Of a DNA stretch of 64,000 nucleotides, positions 1-12,319 are shown piece after piece. The translations under genes and the position numbers were made by a program. Source of the stretch: Entomortierella parvispora E1425 (taxonomy: Eukaryota; Fungi; Mortierellomycota); the NCBI GenBank assembly GCA_020891255.1, contig BQFW01000015.1, positions 496,001 to 560,000 on the forward strand, given 5' to 3'. Position 1 is the stretch's first letter; each line of letters opens with the position of its first letter. Under the pieces are notes generated by a model, which worked only from the letters and a program-made list of their open reading frames with translations, did not search any database and was not told where the DNA came from.

Positions 1-3000
1 AAGTCCAGTCCATCGGGCTTGAGGCTAAATGAAATGTTACTGTGTAACGGACATGCACCTCCATCGATGTGAGGATTGTTCTGGGGGGATTGATTATTCC
101 TCCCCTCCCTCTTCTTCGAGCAGAAGCACGAGCTTGTATGGGCAAAAACGGCCATACCACTATGAAAGGTGGAAAAGGACACCATCCGTGCTAAAAAGGG
201 CGGGAACCCAAGTTTGGCGGTCCCCTGTTCTTTCTCCTCTTCAACTCCATCTCAGATTGTGGAACCCTGAAGGCCCCATCTCGTCGTTGTCAGATCGTGA
301 GAATAAGGCACGATAGCAAAAAGAACAGAAAAGATTATCTCCAAGTCAAAAAGAGAATGACATCGATGTTTGCTACTGCCTCTCCGGCTCGTGGCATGCT
401 TTTCCTTATCCTTCCTTTCTTGTGCAACTGCAGTGTCAAAAAAATCTGTTGCGCCATGCGGCTGACAGATTGGAACAGAGAGCGAGAATGAGAGCTGAGC
501 AAGCGAGTAAAAAGGAAGGGTTCCATGGATGCTGCAAGGACATTCGCCCCTCCCCATTTCTTCGGTAACGAACTCGTGGGCTTTTTTTTTATCCCAATTC
601 GCTTTATCTGCTCTCCTGCGCCTCAAACACAGCCGATCCGGTCCATCATACGCGATTCTCTCGACAAAGGTCTGTCTGTTTCAACGATACCACTCTGAAT
701 TCTCTTTCTGTCTTTCCCTGTCTCCCGGCGCCTTCCCTGAGCGAAAACGGTTCTAGTTTCTGTGATTTTATTTCTCTGGTACATTTGGATGCATCCCGAG
801 GTCTCAAGAACAGCCTTCGAGACGTTCATTCACAGCCAGAGAAGAGAGTACATACACCAGCCAGACTACGTACTGTAAAAATGCCTTTTCTCGGGTACCA
901 TAGGGCGCAAGGACAACTGCAGGACACCACACGATCAATTACGATTTTAGAATCCGCTGCTTGGAGTCCATTGCAATTGAAGCTCAGGAGTCAAAGAACT
1001 AAAAAGTCCGTGAATTGTGTGATTTGTGGATCCTCTTTGGGCCTTTGGGCATTTTTTTTGAACTCTTTTTGACTTCCTCATGTTTCCCCAGTTTTTTTTT
1101 CTTTTATCGATCGACGGGTCTCACCTCCATCTCCATTTTTAAGGTCATATGCTAAAAAAAAAATAAAAAAAAAAATGGAAAAGCTTTTCTATATCTCTGG
1201 GATGAACTGGCTGACCGACCAGTAGAGGGTCACTCCTCCTGCTCGTCTGTATTTGTCTCTTGGGCACGTTTCTTTCCATGTGCATCCCAGGGCCCTCAAC
1301 GTATGAAGCACATGAAGATCTCTGTCACCACTTGGTTTGCAGCTCTGGAGCTACGGATCTGTTGGAGCTACAGGGGATCATCTCCGTATTCACTGTTCAG
1401 TGCTTTGATTTGAAGGACCGCTGTTGAACCCTTTCGGGTTCTCCTTGGGAAAGGAAGAAGAGAGGATCGGTTGGTGCAGTGCCTATATCGATTAATGACC
1501 GACTCTTGCGCCCGACCCCTGCTCGTCCCGACCGCGCACAGGGAATTCGACACCCGCTCTCCGTTTTCGTCCCTGGCAGACCCTGGTGGACAAGGTTGAT
1601 CTCCAATATGGACCAATCACAGCCGCACGTGGACCCCACGGTTGGACACAAATCTCTTTTTGTTTGCTCTGACTGCCTGTGGGTGCTCTTCAACGGCCCT
1701 CTGAACCTTAGTGCGGGTCTGTGCAACCCTCCCAAATGAGGAACGTACTCAAGAAGGCGAGAGCATCGTTTAGACTACCCTTTGTTCTTGGTTCAGAAGG
1801 GGAGGGATGCACGAAATGGAGGGACGGGAACAACATTTGCATGGCTCAGGGATCCTTGCAAGGTTTGCTCGTGTGATACCTTTTTTTTTGTTTTTCTGGG
1901 GTCCAGATGCTGGATGGCGTTGGATCGGCAAACTCTTACCGACAATTTCCCGTTTGAAGGACTCAGGCTGAAATAGGGCTGAGGGCTGGTGCAGTGTGGA
2001 GGCATAACGGATCATCCTCCGTTCTCTCCTTTTTCCTTCCCTGACGTCCAATTACGGGATGAGCTTGTGTTCGATGTGAGGGACCCACTAGATCAGGGAA
2101 CAAGCAGAGAACTGGTTGGCAAACCCATCGTCCTCAAGCTCAAGGAACAATTTTGTAAGATTCTCACACGTGCCAACGAGGGATTGTGGGGGGGGGGGGT
2201 TCAAGGAGATCCTCTGAAGTCAAACCCAGATGAAAGGCGCCAAGCATTCTCCTCTCCCCAAAAAACAAAAAGATGGAAAGCTTTTTGCTCGTTGCTCTTT
2301 GTTCTGACTAATGAACAATTGAGAGATGGATGAAGATCTTTTGAAATTCTGAGCAAGTTAAGGTTGCTACTGGATACACAGCGGAGAAGACCAAAGGGTG
2401 GCTAGCAACGGAGCAACCAGGGGGGTGTTCGATCAAAAAGCAAAACGAGGAGAGGAGATGAGGGCTGATGGCGGCGGATGAAAACAACGGGGAAATACTC
2501 TCCTTCGGGCCCCAAGGAGATCCCAGATAGATCAGCCAAAAAGCAAGAAGCGGCGAAATATCAAAAGAATCGGGGACCCTATGAATAGCAAGAAAGAAGA
2601 ATATCCCCCGACAGTCAGCAAGAGAACGAGATTCCGATTACAGTATAGGGAAGTCGAAAAATCCTAGGGCCTTTTTTTTCAAATCTACAAAAAAAAAGCT
2701 GTTGCGTGACAAAAGCCAAAATAAAAACAAGTCCTTGGTGCCCTTGCTGAACTTCTCTTGGATGTATACGAAGTAAAAGAGATGGAAGGAAGGCGAGGGT
2801 CTAACGCTACCAGAGCACTCGCTACAACTAGACCACCACGGTGAGGACAGTGGTGTTGTCCCAAGAACTGTTTTCCTGCATCGAATTCTGCGACGGATTG
2901 TGCAGGAGGTAAGAGTTGGTGCGGCCGCTGCTAGAGGGGGCGAATCATGGTCACAGCAAGTAGAACTGGCTGCTTGAAATGATACTCTTGGTGACATTAA

Positions 3001-3211
3001 GAGGGCTGTGCTGTTGAGAAGCATCCACGGTTGATCTTGCGAGGAAGACGCGCTTCGCCTTCGGTTAAGGGTGTATCCCAGGGGTTGATCTTGAAAGTTT
3101 GAAAGGCGCAGTCATCAATCAGTTGTGGGGCGAGGGGCGAGGGGCATCTCCCTTGAACGTCTTTCTTGCTTTTCAACGTCCTTTTCTCTCTTTCAACGAC
3201 ACCTCCTTAAC

Positions 3212-4394
3212 ATGTTTTCCTCCATCTTCTCCAGAAACAATGCCCCACCTGCGCCAAGGACCTTTGAGATCATTCACCCGGTAATACCAGAACCAAAACA
3301 GGATATCGGGACCTTTCCTCCGAACGTCTATCTGGCCTCTGATGCACCGTCAAAAAAACCGGCAGCAAACTGGCTGCGAATGATATGCATCAGCGATACC
3401 CACAACACAACGGACATCAACAACTACCCTATACCTGACGCTGATGTTTTGGGTAAGAAACGATCAAGTGGCTTCTTAACATGGACCTTCAAAACTAAAC
3501 ACGGACTGACTCCTATCACAGTGCATGCAGGCGACTTGACAAAGATGGGTACAACAGCTCAGATCGAGCAAGTTGTCCATTGGCTTCAATCCCTGAAACA
3601 CATCCCTCTCAAAGTCGTTATAGCCGGAAACCACGATGTCATTCTTCACAAGGAATTCTACGAAAAGAATTGGAATAGGTTCCACGACACCAAGGAAGAC
3701 CACGACGCAGCCGTCAACAAATTGAGGTCAGCAGGACACGGGATTGTCTATCTCAACAATCAGTCGTATACTGTCAACGGAGCTCAATTTCTGCATCTGA
3801 AACAGCAATGGCAACAGAAAACGCCATCAGCGGAACCCATGGACGTGGATGGAACAGTAGAGTCTATGGATGTGGATGTAGTGGCTGAAGTAGACCCAAG
3901 GCAAGGATGGAGACAAGGATACCATATCTGGGCCAGTCCCTGGCAGCCAGAATTCGGAAACTGGGCATTCAACGGAGTTCGCGGAAAACTCATGGGTATG
4001 AGAGTTTCATTGCTATCAGATCCAGACTCGGACTCACCCTTCACACGATAAAATGACTGACATCACACGGTGCACAATGATGTTAGAAATCTGGAAACAC
4101 ATCCCACTGCCCACAGACCTTTTAATGACCCATGGCCCGCCCATGAACCATAGGGACATTGTGTATGAAGGAAAAGACGCGATACATGTAGGCTGCGAGG
4201 AGCTTCTGGAGAGACTCCAGTCAGTCAGACCCCTGTATCATATATTTGGTCATATCCACGAGGGCTACGGCATTTCAGAGATAAAGTGGGACAGAGGAAA
4301 GAGTCCCTCGACAGTGTGCATCAATGCATCCTCTTGCACAGAGAGATATCGCCCAACAAACCAGCCCATCATCGTTGACTTGCCCCCTAAATGA
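3212..4394 (+). CDS. Calcineurin-like metallophosphoesterase (MPPED1/2-like), 3 exons
   Basis: Motifs CISDTH, HAGDLT, VIAGNHD, WASPWQP, LMTHGPP and HIFGHIHEGYG in order. GT-AG introns at 3453-3521 (69 bp, in frame) and from ~3996 to ~4086. ATG at 3212. Confidence 0.9.
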
Positions 4395-4870
4395 TGAATA
4401 GGATATACGTGAATGCGTTCTCGCCTGCCTGTTCAGGGATCATCCTTTGTTTTTTAGGACAACATTGCAAAAAAAAAGTGAGTAGCGAACAGATCAACGG
4501 GATAGGAGCGTTTTCAACAGAAATAAAGGAGAATACACCGAGGACACACACTGATCTCAACCACGATTCACACTTGAAAGCGAGGGAGCGTCTTGCCCAA
4601 TTCCAGTTCAGCCTGACAAACCAACCCAGCCTGACTAGACTATCAAATCAGAGAAATCAGAGCAGCTTGGCCAGAGTTCAACAGCCCTTTTCAGCAGGTC
4701 AGCATAAGATTGATTAATACTCCGTGTTGAAGTTTTTCCTGCTCTCTGGCCATTGATCTGTTCACGAAACGCGCACTCTTCCGTAACATCCACTGCTCTT
4801 CATTGGCCAAGCGTCCTGAGAGCCTGCCGATCTAAAGACTGAGACGTCTCTTTTTTATAAAGCCCCTTGG

Positions 4871-6297
4871 CTACGAAAACTGGTATCTAACTTGACTCTG
4901 ATCCAGATGCGCGTACCCGTCAAGACGCGCCTTAATAAGATTGTAAAGAGGGTAGCCACCATCCTTATCCTCTGCCGGCTCAAGTATTGACGTCTTGTTC
5001 ACAGATTCTGTCTCTCCAGGAGGACACCAATGTTTATTCGGGCCGCCGATCTTGAACGCCAGGAACACCAGATCTGCACTAGCCCAACTCTGCAGCTTCA
5101 ATAAACCGTCAAGATGCCCTCCTACTCTCGTTTCCTCCTTTGCCGACTCATGGAAAAAATCCTCGGCCTGCACAACCGCGTTCTTGATATTCAAACTACA
5201 AATGCGCCCGAACGTCTCCAAAATCGACACCACCACCTTCCGTCTACCCTCCATGTCCTGTGGGGCCCAGAGGGTAAGGTCCCTCCGACAACCTCTATCT
5301 TCTCCATTGTGTCCTGAAAGATCTCGCGACAGGCCAGGACAGCAGTCAAGATGCTACCCACGGTGACGCACGAGTTTGTGATATGGAGGCTTTTCAGTCG
5401 AAGCCAATGCCTCTCTCGGGCAGTTTACACCATTGGTGAGAGAACGGTGATGGGAGTTTGAGGACTCTGAAGCGAGAGTACATAGTAAACCAGGTTTTGG
5501 CTGACCCAGTGAGAAGACACACGTAGCAGTTGTAGTTTTGGACACAACGTATGCAAGGTCTTTGCGAACGGTCCCAGGTCAGGGATACCAGGATAATGAT
5601 ACGACGAGTCGTTCCATTCCAAGGATTCGAGAAGAGGACATGCTTGCAGAACCTTTGTTAAAGAGCGATGATAGACCCAGGGAAAATCCACCTTCAGAGT
5701 TCGGATGGAGAGTCTTTGTCGCAGTGGATAGCCACTGGTATCCTCTGGTAGTAGGGTCAGAATGGCTTCGCCCCCTTTCCTGGCCGAGACTCCAAAGGAA
5801 TGAAGCATTGGCAATTGGTTGAGCAAAAACTCGACCGAACCTGCCTTGAGTCGCAAATGAGTCGTGAACTGCAGTCAAGTTAGGCCCTGAACTTGGGCCA
5901 CTGCCCAAACCATACCGTGGCTCACCTCGTCCTGATAGTTTTTGGAACATTCAATGGAGAGAGTTCGCAAACTAGGATTGTTTCTGAGAATCCTCTGAAT
6001 GAGGAGAACGTTCTGCCGCGTGATTGTGGGAGGTCGGAGCGTTCTCAAATGGGCCAGTTCGGGCCCTAGGAGAAATCGACTCAACGAGAGTGAAGGTGGG
6101 CAGGACAGATGCCGAATGTAGGGTGAATACTTTGGTATAGCCCAGAGGGGACTCCCCTTAAAGTCATCTTCCTCTAGGGACGACCAAAGCTGCTGCGCAA
6201 AGGGCGCAAACCATGCCCTGCATACGCGACAGGCCGCTGCAAGCTGCGCCTTAGTGAGGTGGGAACCCAGGACGGTAAGCAGCTCTGGGATGTCCAA
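4871..6297 (-). pseudogene. F-box-like/LRR protein pseudogene
   Basis: N-terminus IPELLTVLGSHL..AACRVCRAW is F-box-like, followed by LRR-type segments (LRNNPSLRTLSI, LQACPLLESLEW, LCPKLQLLRV). In-frame TGA at 5875-5877, a frameshift near 5430-5460 and an in-frame TAG at 5354-5356. Confidence 0.7.
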
Positions 6298-7315
6298 TGC
6301 ATGAACGAGCGCATTGTCGAAATTTACTGTGAAGGTGGTTGCCGTGATGCACTTCTATTGCTCTATGAATGGAGGAGAGGGGAGGGAGGGAATGCCAAGG
6401 GTTGCATTCATGCATACATTGAATGCGTCCCTGACAGAGTGGGAGTTTTCGTGATTTGGTGGCGCTGTTATTAATACGGGCTTTTTTTTATTTTTTTTAT
6501 TTTTATTGTCACTCTCTCTTCTCCTCCACTACGATGTCGCTATCTGAGCTTGGGTGCACCTGGTGGGACCAAAGGTCAATCAGGACCATGATCAAAGTCC
6601 TGTCCATAAGGAATGAAGACTACATCTTTGGCGGTGAATATTCTAGGTGGGGCAGAGGCAGTAGTGGGGATGGAGGGGCCAGGTCACTCTCGTGTTCAAA
6701 GTTTCTAAATCACGTATCAGGGCCTTCCAGATGTTGATTGTAAGAACCACATCGCAGAGTCAAAGGCGAAGCTCCATGACGTTCCTTCATCATAGACCAA
6801 GTCCAATGGCCCTCGACCTCGCCCATGTGGCTAGATCATCTTCAAAGTTGATAAAAAATTAGGTCCATCCCGCAATGTAAGGCATCGGTTCGGGCCGGTG
6901 GCAAATGCCGACCACGCAAGATAGTGGTACGTCCGGACAAAATTGACCACTTTGTAATTCACTCCTAACTCTGTCACTCTGTTTCTTTGAGCACTGGTGT
7001 AACTTTGGCGAGCGGTATATTGTCAAGAATTTATGGATTGCGCATGAGCTGCTTGAGATGATTTTCCTTGAAGCTCGTCTCCACAGAAGACGACAAGAGG
7101 TGCTTCGACGCTGCGGGCGATTTTTTTTTGTTTCCTTGCTCATTGGCAAAGCACGCAAAAAGAGCCCAGACTGCATTGCCTCGCTTAAGCAGCTTCCAGG
7201 AGAGAATGCAGATCTCGGGGATGGTTTGTTGCCCATTCTTGGGACTTCATATATTTTACAAGTTGTGTTGTGGTAGGGTCTATCCAGAATTGCAGTAAAA
7301 GAACTCCGGTCATCC

Positions 7316-7930
7316 CTAAAGAGTTTCTTCGACAAAGGCACTGATCTGTGTAAGCAATTCGGCCTTTATCTTGTCCGGAATGGTGGCTGATGCACACGAG
7401 CAAGTTGCACAATCAGGGGTAAATTGGATAGAGGATTAGAAACGATCGTATATGTTATGTTTGTCAATCAGCAATTAGGCAGCTGGCAGAATTACCTCGT
7501 GCGTGTGGACTGACTTCTTTGATCAGCTCATCAACAGATACTGGTGTGTCTCGAGCGTAAATAGTATCTATGACATGAAGGATCGGAGAATCTTTTGTAA
7601 GAAAGGAGAGTTTTGTTTTCCCTTGCCAGCTAATACAAGTAACATCGTCTCTCCTATCAGATCACGCATACCCTTTGTGTGTTTTTTCAGATCGTCTCGC
7701 CATCCAGACTCGAAAAGTCTCGCGCGCAACAACTCCAGGAGTCTGTTCAAAAGCAAAGAAGTATAGTCAGGTTTCTGGTGAACATGCATGAGAACAACCT
7801 GGACTCATGCAGAGCGATGCTCAAACAAGGGACTGTTGTGCTGGTCAATTCCTTACTGGTCCCGCTTTCCTGATTCAACAAGTTCTCTGTGCAGATTAGC
7901 ACGCAGTTGGTCGTTTGTCAGTGAGCTCAT
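7316..7930 (-). CDS. SUS1: SAGA/TREX-2 subunit Sus1/ENY2, 4 exons
   Basis: Manual splicing with canonical GT-AG introns gives MSSLTNDQLRANLHRELVESGKRDQLLELLRARLFESGWRDDLKKHTKDTIYARDTPVSVDELIKEVSPHARATIPDKIKAELLTQISAFVEETL, which matches the ENY2 signature. Confidence 0.9.
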
Positions 7931-8108
7931 GGCGGCGTTCCTGTGTCCGTTGGTGAAGCAAAAAAGAGGCCAGACAATGCATGGACTATGAACGGAGATA
8001 GGCCCCCAGCCGCCACCATTTTTTGGTGGCTTAGATTTTTCTTATTCAGGACCATGCTCGCCTGCATACACCTCCATTCCTTCAATTCCCCTCCCATCTG
8101 TATTCATA

Positions 8109-9779
8109 ATGTCATCCGAAGAAACGCCACCATCAGGATCCATTGGCTCTGCAGCACCATTCAAGGTGTCATTCGGGGCAGTAGGTCTGGGCAAGAAGAA
8201 AGCGCCTTTGGTCACCAAGCCAAAAGTCGCCGCATTTGGACACAGCGAGGACAAGGACCAGCCTGCACACAAGGACGAGCTGATCACTGGATTCGACGGC
8301 AATAAGATCATAAGGTGTGAAGTGGTGTTTGATGGCCAATATTTTCATGGACCCACTTGAATAAACTGGACTAACACACACCCTCTTCTCGCCAAATAGT
8401 CTTAATCCAGTTGAGGAGGCAAAGCCGTTAGTGATCCCGAAGCAAGAGAATGCCAGTTGGAGAGATCAAATCCTCGCAAAGAGGAAAAAACCCACATTGA
8501 CTCCAGGACCCGGCAGTCTAAGCACGCCTATGGAAATTATTGAAGAACCAGTACAGGAGATCAAGCATGGACTTCAGCCTTCGAAACGTATCAAGATCGA
8601 TCACCCAATACAAGACAAGGATATGGAATCTGGAGCCCCGACCGAAGTCGCCATTGAGGAGGATGTCTCGGTTGAACACAAGGAAGAGACACTGGACGAG
8701 CTGGCAGCTCGCAAAATCATTGAAGGTATGTCAATGCTGTGCCTAGCCTTTGATTTTATTAGGAGATCGACCAAGCTAACAAATTAAATTACGTTTTACT
8801 ATGCTATAGCTGCCTCTGGAGAAAAAATGGCACCAGCCAGAAAATTGGTGCTTTCAGGACAGGAGAATATAGAAGCAGGAGATGTCGAAGCCTTTCAAAA
8901 AAACCTGGATGAGCTTCCGGATGAGGCCTCTTTAGAGGACTATGCCAACGTTCCCGTTGAGGAATTTGGGGCGGCATTACTACGAGGCATGGGCTGGAAA
9001 GGCGACGCAAAGGGCAGTGATGCGTAAGTTTTTGTTTTTTTTTTTATTCTTTTCAATGGCTCTCGTTCAGGATTCTAATGACTTCTTTTTTCAAATACTC
9101 TAATCTTAGGATCGAGTACAATCGTCGACCAGCATTATTGGGATTAGGAGCGAAACCAAAGGAGCCAGAAGCCATTACGAAAAAGTATATCAAACCTGGA
9201 GAATCTCGGACACCCCAAGCGATTAAAGTACCGGAGCGGAACAGGACAGGTCGTAGCGACTATCCCAGTCTTCGAGAGGACCCACGGAGGGATGACGGGG
9301 GTCGGGAAAGTCGAGATTTCAGGGACAACAAGGAGAGCAGAAGTTCACGAGACAGCAAGGACAGTAGGGATGACCGAGCTGGTAGAGACGGTCGGGACAG
9401 CAGAGGCAGCAGGGATGGCAGAGACGGCAGAGACAGCAGAGACGGCAGAGACAGCAGAGACAGCAGAGACAGCAGAGACGGCAGAGACAGCAGAGATGCA
9501 ACTATCAGAAGCAGCAGGGACAGCAAAGAGATCCGTGATAGTCGAAGAGGCCAAGAAAACCGAGACGGCGAGCGTAACTCGTCGAAAAACGATAGCAGGG
9601 ATAGACGCGATGGTCGGGATCGACGCGATAGTCGTGACAGAGGAAATAGTGAGAGACGTGACGATAGACATAGCCGCAGCAGCAACGACGACCGCAGCTC
9701 CCGGCGTGGCTATGAGGGTGACGACAGACGGAGGGATCGGTCTCCAGACCGTGGTGACAGTCGCCGCGACAGGCGATGA
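8109..9779 (+). CDS. SPP2: G-patch splicing factor Spp2/GPKOW-like with RD/RS-rich tail, multi-exon
   Basis: Spp2/MOS2-type G-patch VPVEEFGAALLRGMGWK followed by RPALLGLGAKP. N-terminal ELITGFDGN..VIPKQEN. C-terminal Arg/Asp/Ser repeats. Confidence 0.8.
9340..9500 (+). repeat. 9-bp coding tandem repeat (GACAGCAGA/GACGGCAGA) encoding DSR/DGR
   Basis: Directly visible. It explains the many overlapping antisense and alternative-frame ORFs at 9260-9875. Confidence 0.9.
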
Positions 9780-10338
9780 AATCGCCAATAAATCTGCCAC
9801 GTGACTGAGACAGGCGCGTTGCATTGTCCATTCCATCCGCTGCCCCATCCATCCTTGTCCCTCACCTTGTGCCATCAGGTTGAAGCATCCTGATTATTAT
9901 CACGTTCTTGTAGGTTATTCGTCTCACCTCTCGTGTATCTTTCATTTCATCGCTCTTGTTACTTCACTCCGTCTTGATATTATACGCGGGTTGACAACTA
10001 TTATCGTTGTCCGTGTTGTGGCAGTCGTGGTTCCATATCATGCGAATTGGGTGCTGATGTCTTTGCTCTAATTGCACTGACTCTGGACTGGCCCCATGGC
10101 CTTCCAGCCTCACCTGACGCTTCTCTGAGCCTTGCAATTCTATAAGCTCCGTTTGGCAGCTTGCACTGAGATCCTGGTAACCCGTCCATGCTCGGGCAGC
10201 GTTTCAGGGTGTGGAATGTATCTTCATTTCAATAGACATGTCATTTGATGAAAGACACCCTTCCTTCTCTGTGTTGTATTCACCATCTTCCTATATTTGT
10301 CTGCAGCACATAGACCGGTTATACCCTCACCCCTCACG

Positions 10339-11830
10339 ATGAAACTCTCAAACAAATCCACACCATCAAAAAAGAACTGCCAGAAGGAGAATACTGGAAC
10401 CCCCATCTTGGAACGCTTCCAGCACCCCTATACTTCGAAAGTTACAGGACCACTGTCAGCCTCCGCTACTCGATTTTCTGAAATTTTCAGAACCGCAACG
10501 CCTGATAAAATGACAGCGGTTGAGCAGATCTACAACCTCCCAAAAAACACTGGTATGATAAGAGCTTTATGATCTGATTTGCGCATTCCTTCCCATCGTA
10601 CTTATTCTTTCACGACTCATAGGGGCTATACCAGCTCCATTATTGCCATCATTCGAGTCGCATGAAACGGCAGAAGGGACATTCCTGGTTAGTGCATTTT
10701 GCACGTATATCAACGCGTTTGCGAGTTGTACTCCCCGAAATTCTCTCGTGGAACTGCAGATTCTGATGAGCTAGACGACCCCTTTAGTCCTAGTAATGAG
10801 GACAATGCTCAAACGCCAAACATGTCATCTTTATCCTCTTGACACAAAGGCAGCAAACCAGTAACACAAAAGACTGATGATGTCTCTGACTTAGACACGC
10901 TCACTGAATGACCACTTGCGAACAGTGTACTGATGACAGAAAGAAGTCACTTCAATGGCGTTACACCGACCTCGGAAGGAAATGGACATTGAAGTCAGGG
11001 ACAGTGATTGAGGGTGTGCTCTTCGGCAAAGGAGGACAAATGAAAGAATTCCAGTAAGTGTGTTTTTCCATCTTTTATTTGAGGAAAGCAACTTTGACTC
11101 ACGTTGCTCTATACAGCCCAATCCACTCTTTTATACTTTATCTGAGTGATGGAGGAGCGCAACAGCTATCTACAACGGAAGACTGTTCGGAGATTTGCAG
11201 CAATCTTCAGGATGTTAGCCCTTATTCGAAGAAAGCATGGGAATACTTAGATAGCTTCGACCACGTGGAAACGCTTGAGGATCTCCAAGATTTGCTTGAC
11301 AACCGTCCTCGGTACATTGAATCCCAACTGGTTCACGAGTGATTGATGAACTGGTAGGCAATTACACGGTGTTGTGGCTCGTGCTTAGATTTTGTGTCTT
11401 GTGACCATTGCTTATTTTTTTAGCCACCTTTCTAGGCTCTATATGTTCGAAACACACGATCCTTCACCACTCAATATTGCTGGTAGTTTGTCAGAGAATT
11501 GGCGACTGAAATCCTCCTGGTGTGTATGCACCAACCTCGCGAAAGGAGTACCAGGATGTTTCATTTTACCAGGAGATGTCACAGGCCATGATTCTTCAGC
11601 AGAAAGGAACCATGACAGGGAGTCTACATGTGGACTTGAGAGAAAGGGACTGGGACTTAGCGCCGATTTAGTGAGGAGAACGATCACGTCACCAGACTGA
11701 CTGGGCAGTTGCGGAAGCTGCCAAGATTTGGTGCCCACAGAGCAAGGAATAAACCTCAGAAAGCAAGTTAAAAAGTACCGCGTCAACTGTACGATATTAT
11801 AGTTGGCCGAACTGTAGAAGTTGATGGACC
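10339..11830 (+). pseudogene. Decayed member of the PD-(D/E)xK nuclease-like family
   Basis: Segment SENWRLKSSWCVCTNLAKGVPGCFILPGDVTGHDSSAERNHDRESTCGLERKGLGLSADLV aligns by eye with SEHVFVSVWTWILNILFVGTRLRVIPGELISKSS...SGRKVDMS of the 35-38 kb gene. After a frameshift it continues as DWAVAEAAKIW. Many stops; boundaries approximate. Confidence 0.5.
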
Positions 11831-12319
11831 AAGCGAACTACGCGATGTTTTGGTATTAAAGGATTAATCATTTTAGGAAAAGCGGGGGAGGGGGGGTCTT
11901 CCTGTTTCCCTGTTCTTTTTCTTTTTGCTTTTAACCTCCACTGTTGTGCGTGTTTTAGGGCCAATTATCCAACGGAAGGCTCTCTTTTGGGGGGGGGGGG
12001 GCAATATGGCGACAACGTCATACGGTTCATCAAAATGGAGTCGACTGTGCTTGAAGCTAGGATCAGCCACATGTAAGTTTCTTTGCATGCTATCCACGAG
12101 CTGCTTTGCTTCAGGGTACGCGAGACGCAAATAGTGGTTTGTTATTTATGTAATTTATGAACGCTACTCTAATGGTGTTGCGTAAACATAGATTTTGACA
12201 ATTCAACTGATATCTCATTACGTAGAGGCCGCCAAAAGTGATGCTAGGCTAAGTCCAGACACCCGTAAGACAGGCAGTTTACCATACTATTGGAATGATG
12301 CTTATGTATATGGATATAT

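Noticed and set aside
1-3100. Many short ORFs and possible decayed coding fragments
   Set aside because: No recognisable motif or consistent exon chain could be built.
5875-5877. In-frame TGA as possible selenocysteine or readthrough
   Set aside because: The same gene also has an in-frame TAG and a frameshift, and the context is not a redox motif.
6500-7300. Possible second decayed LRR-type gene on the minus strand
   Set aside because: Only vague Leu-rich fragments with many stops; not supportable.
9260-9875. Antisense and alternate-frame ORFs (poly-ETA, LSLLS, Cys-rich)
   Set aside because: By-products of the 9-bp coding repeat in SPP2.
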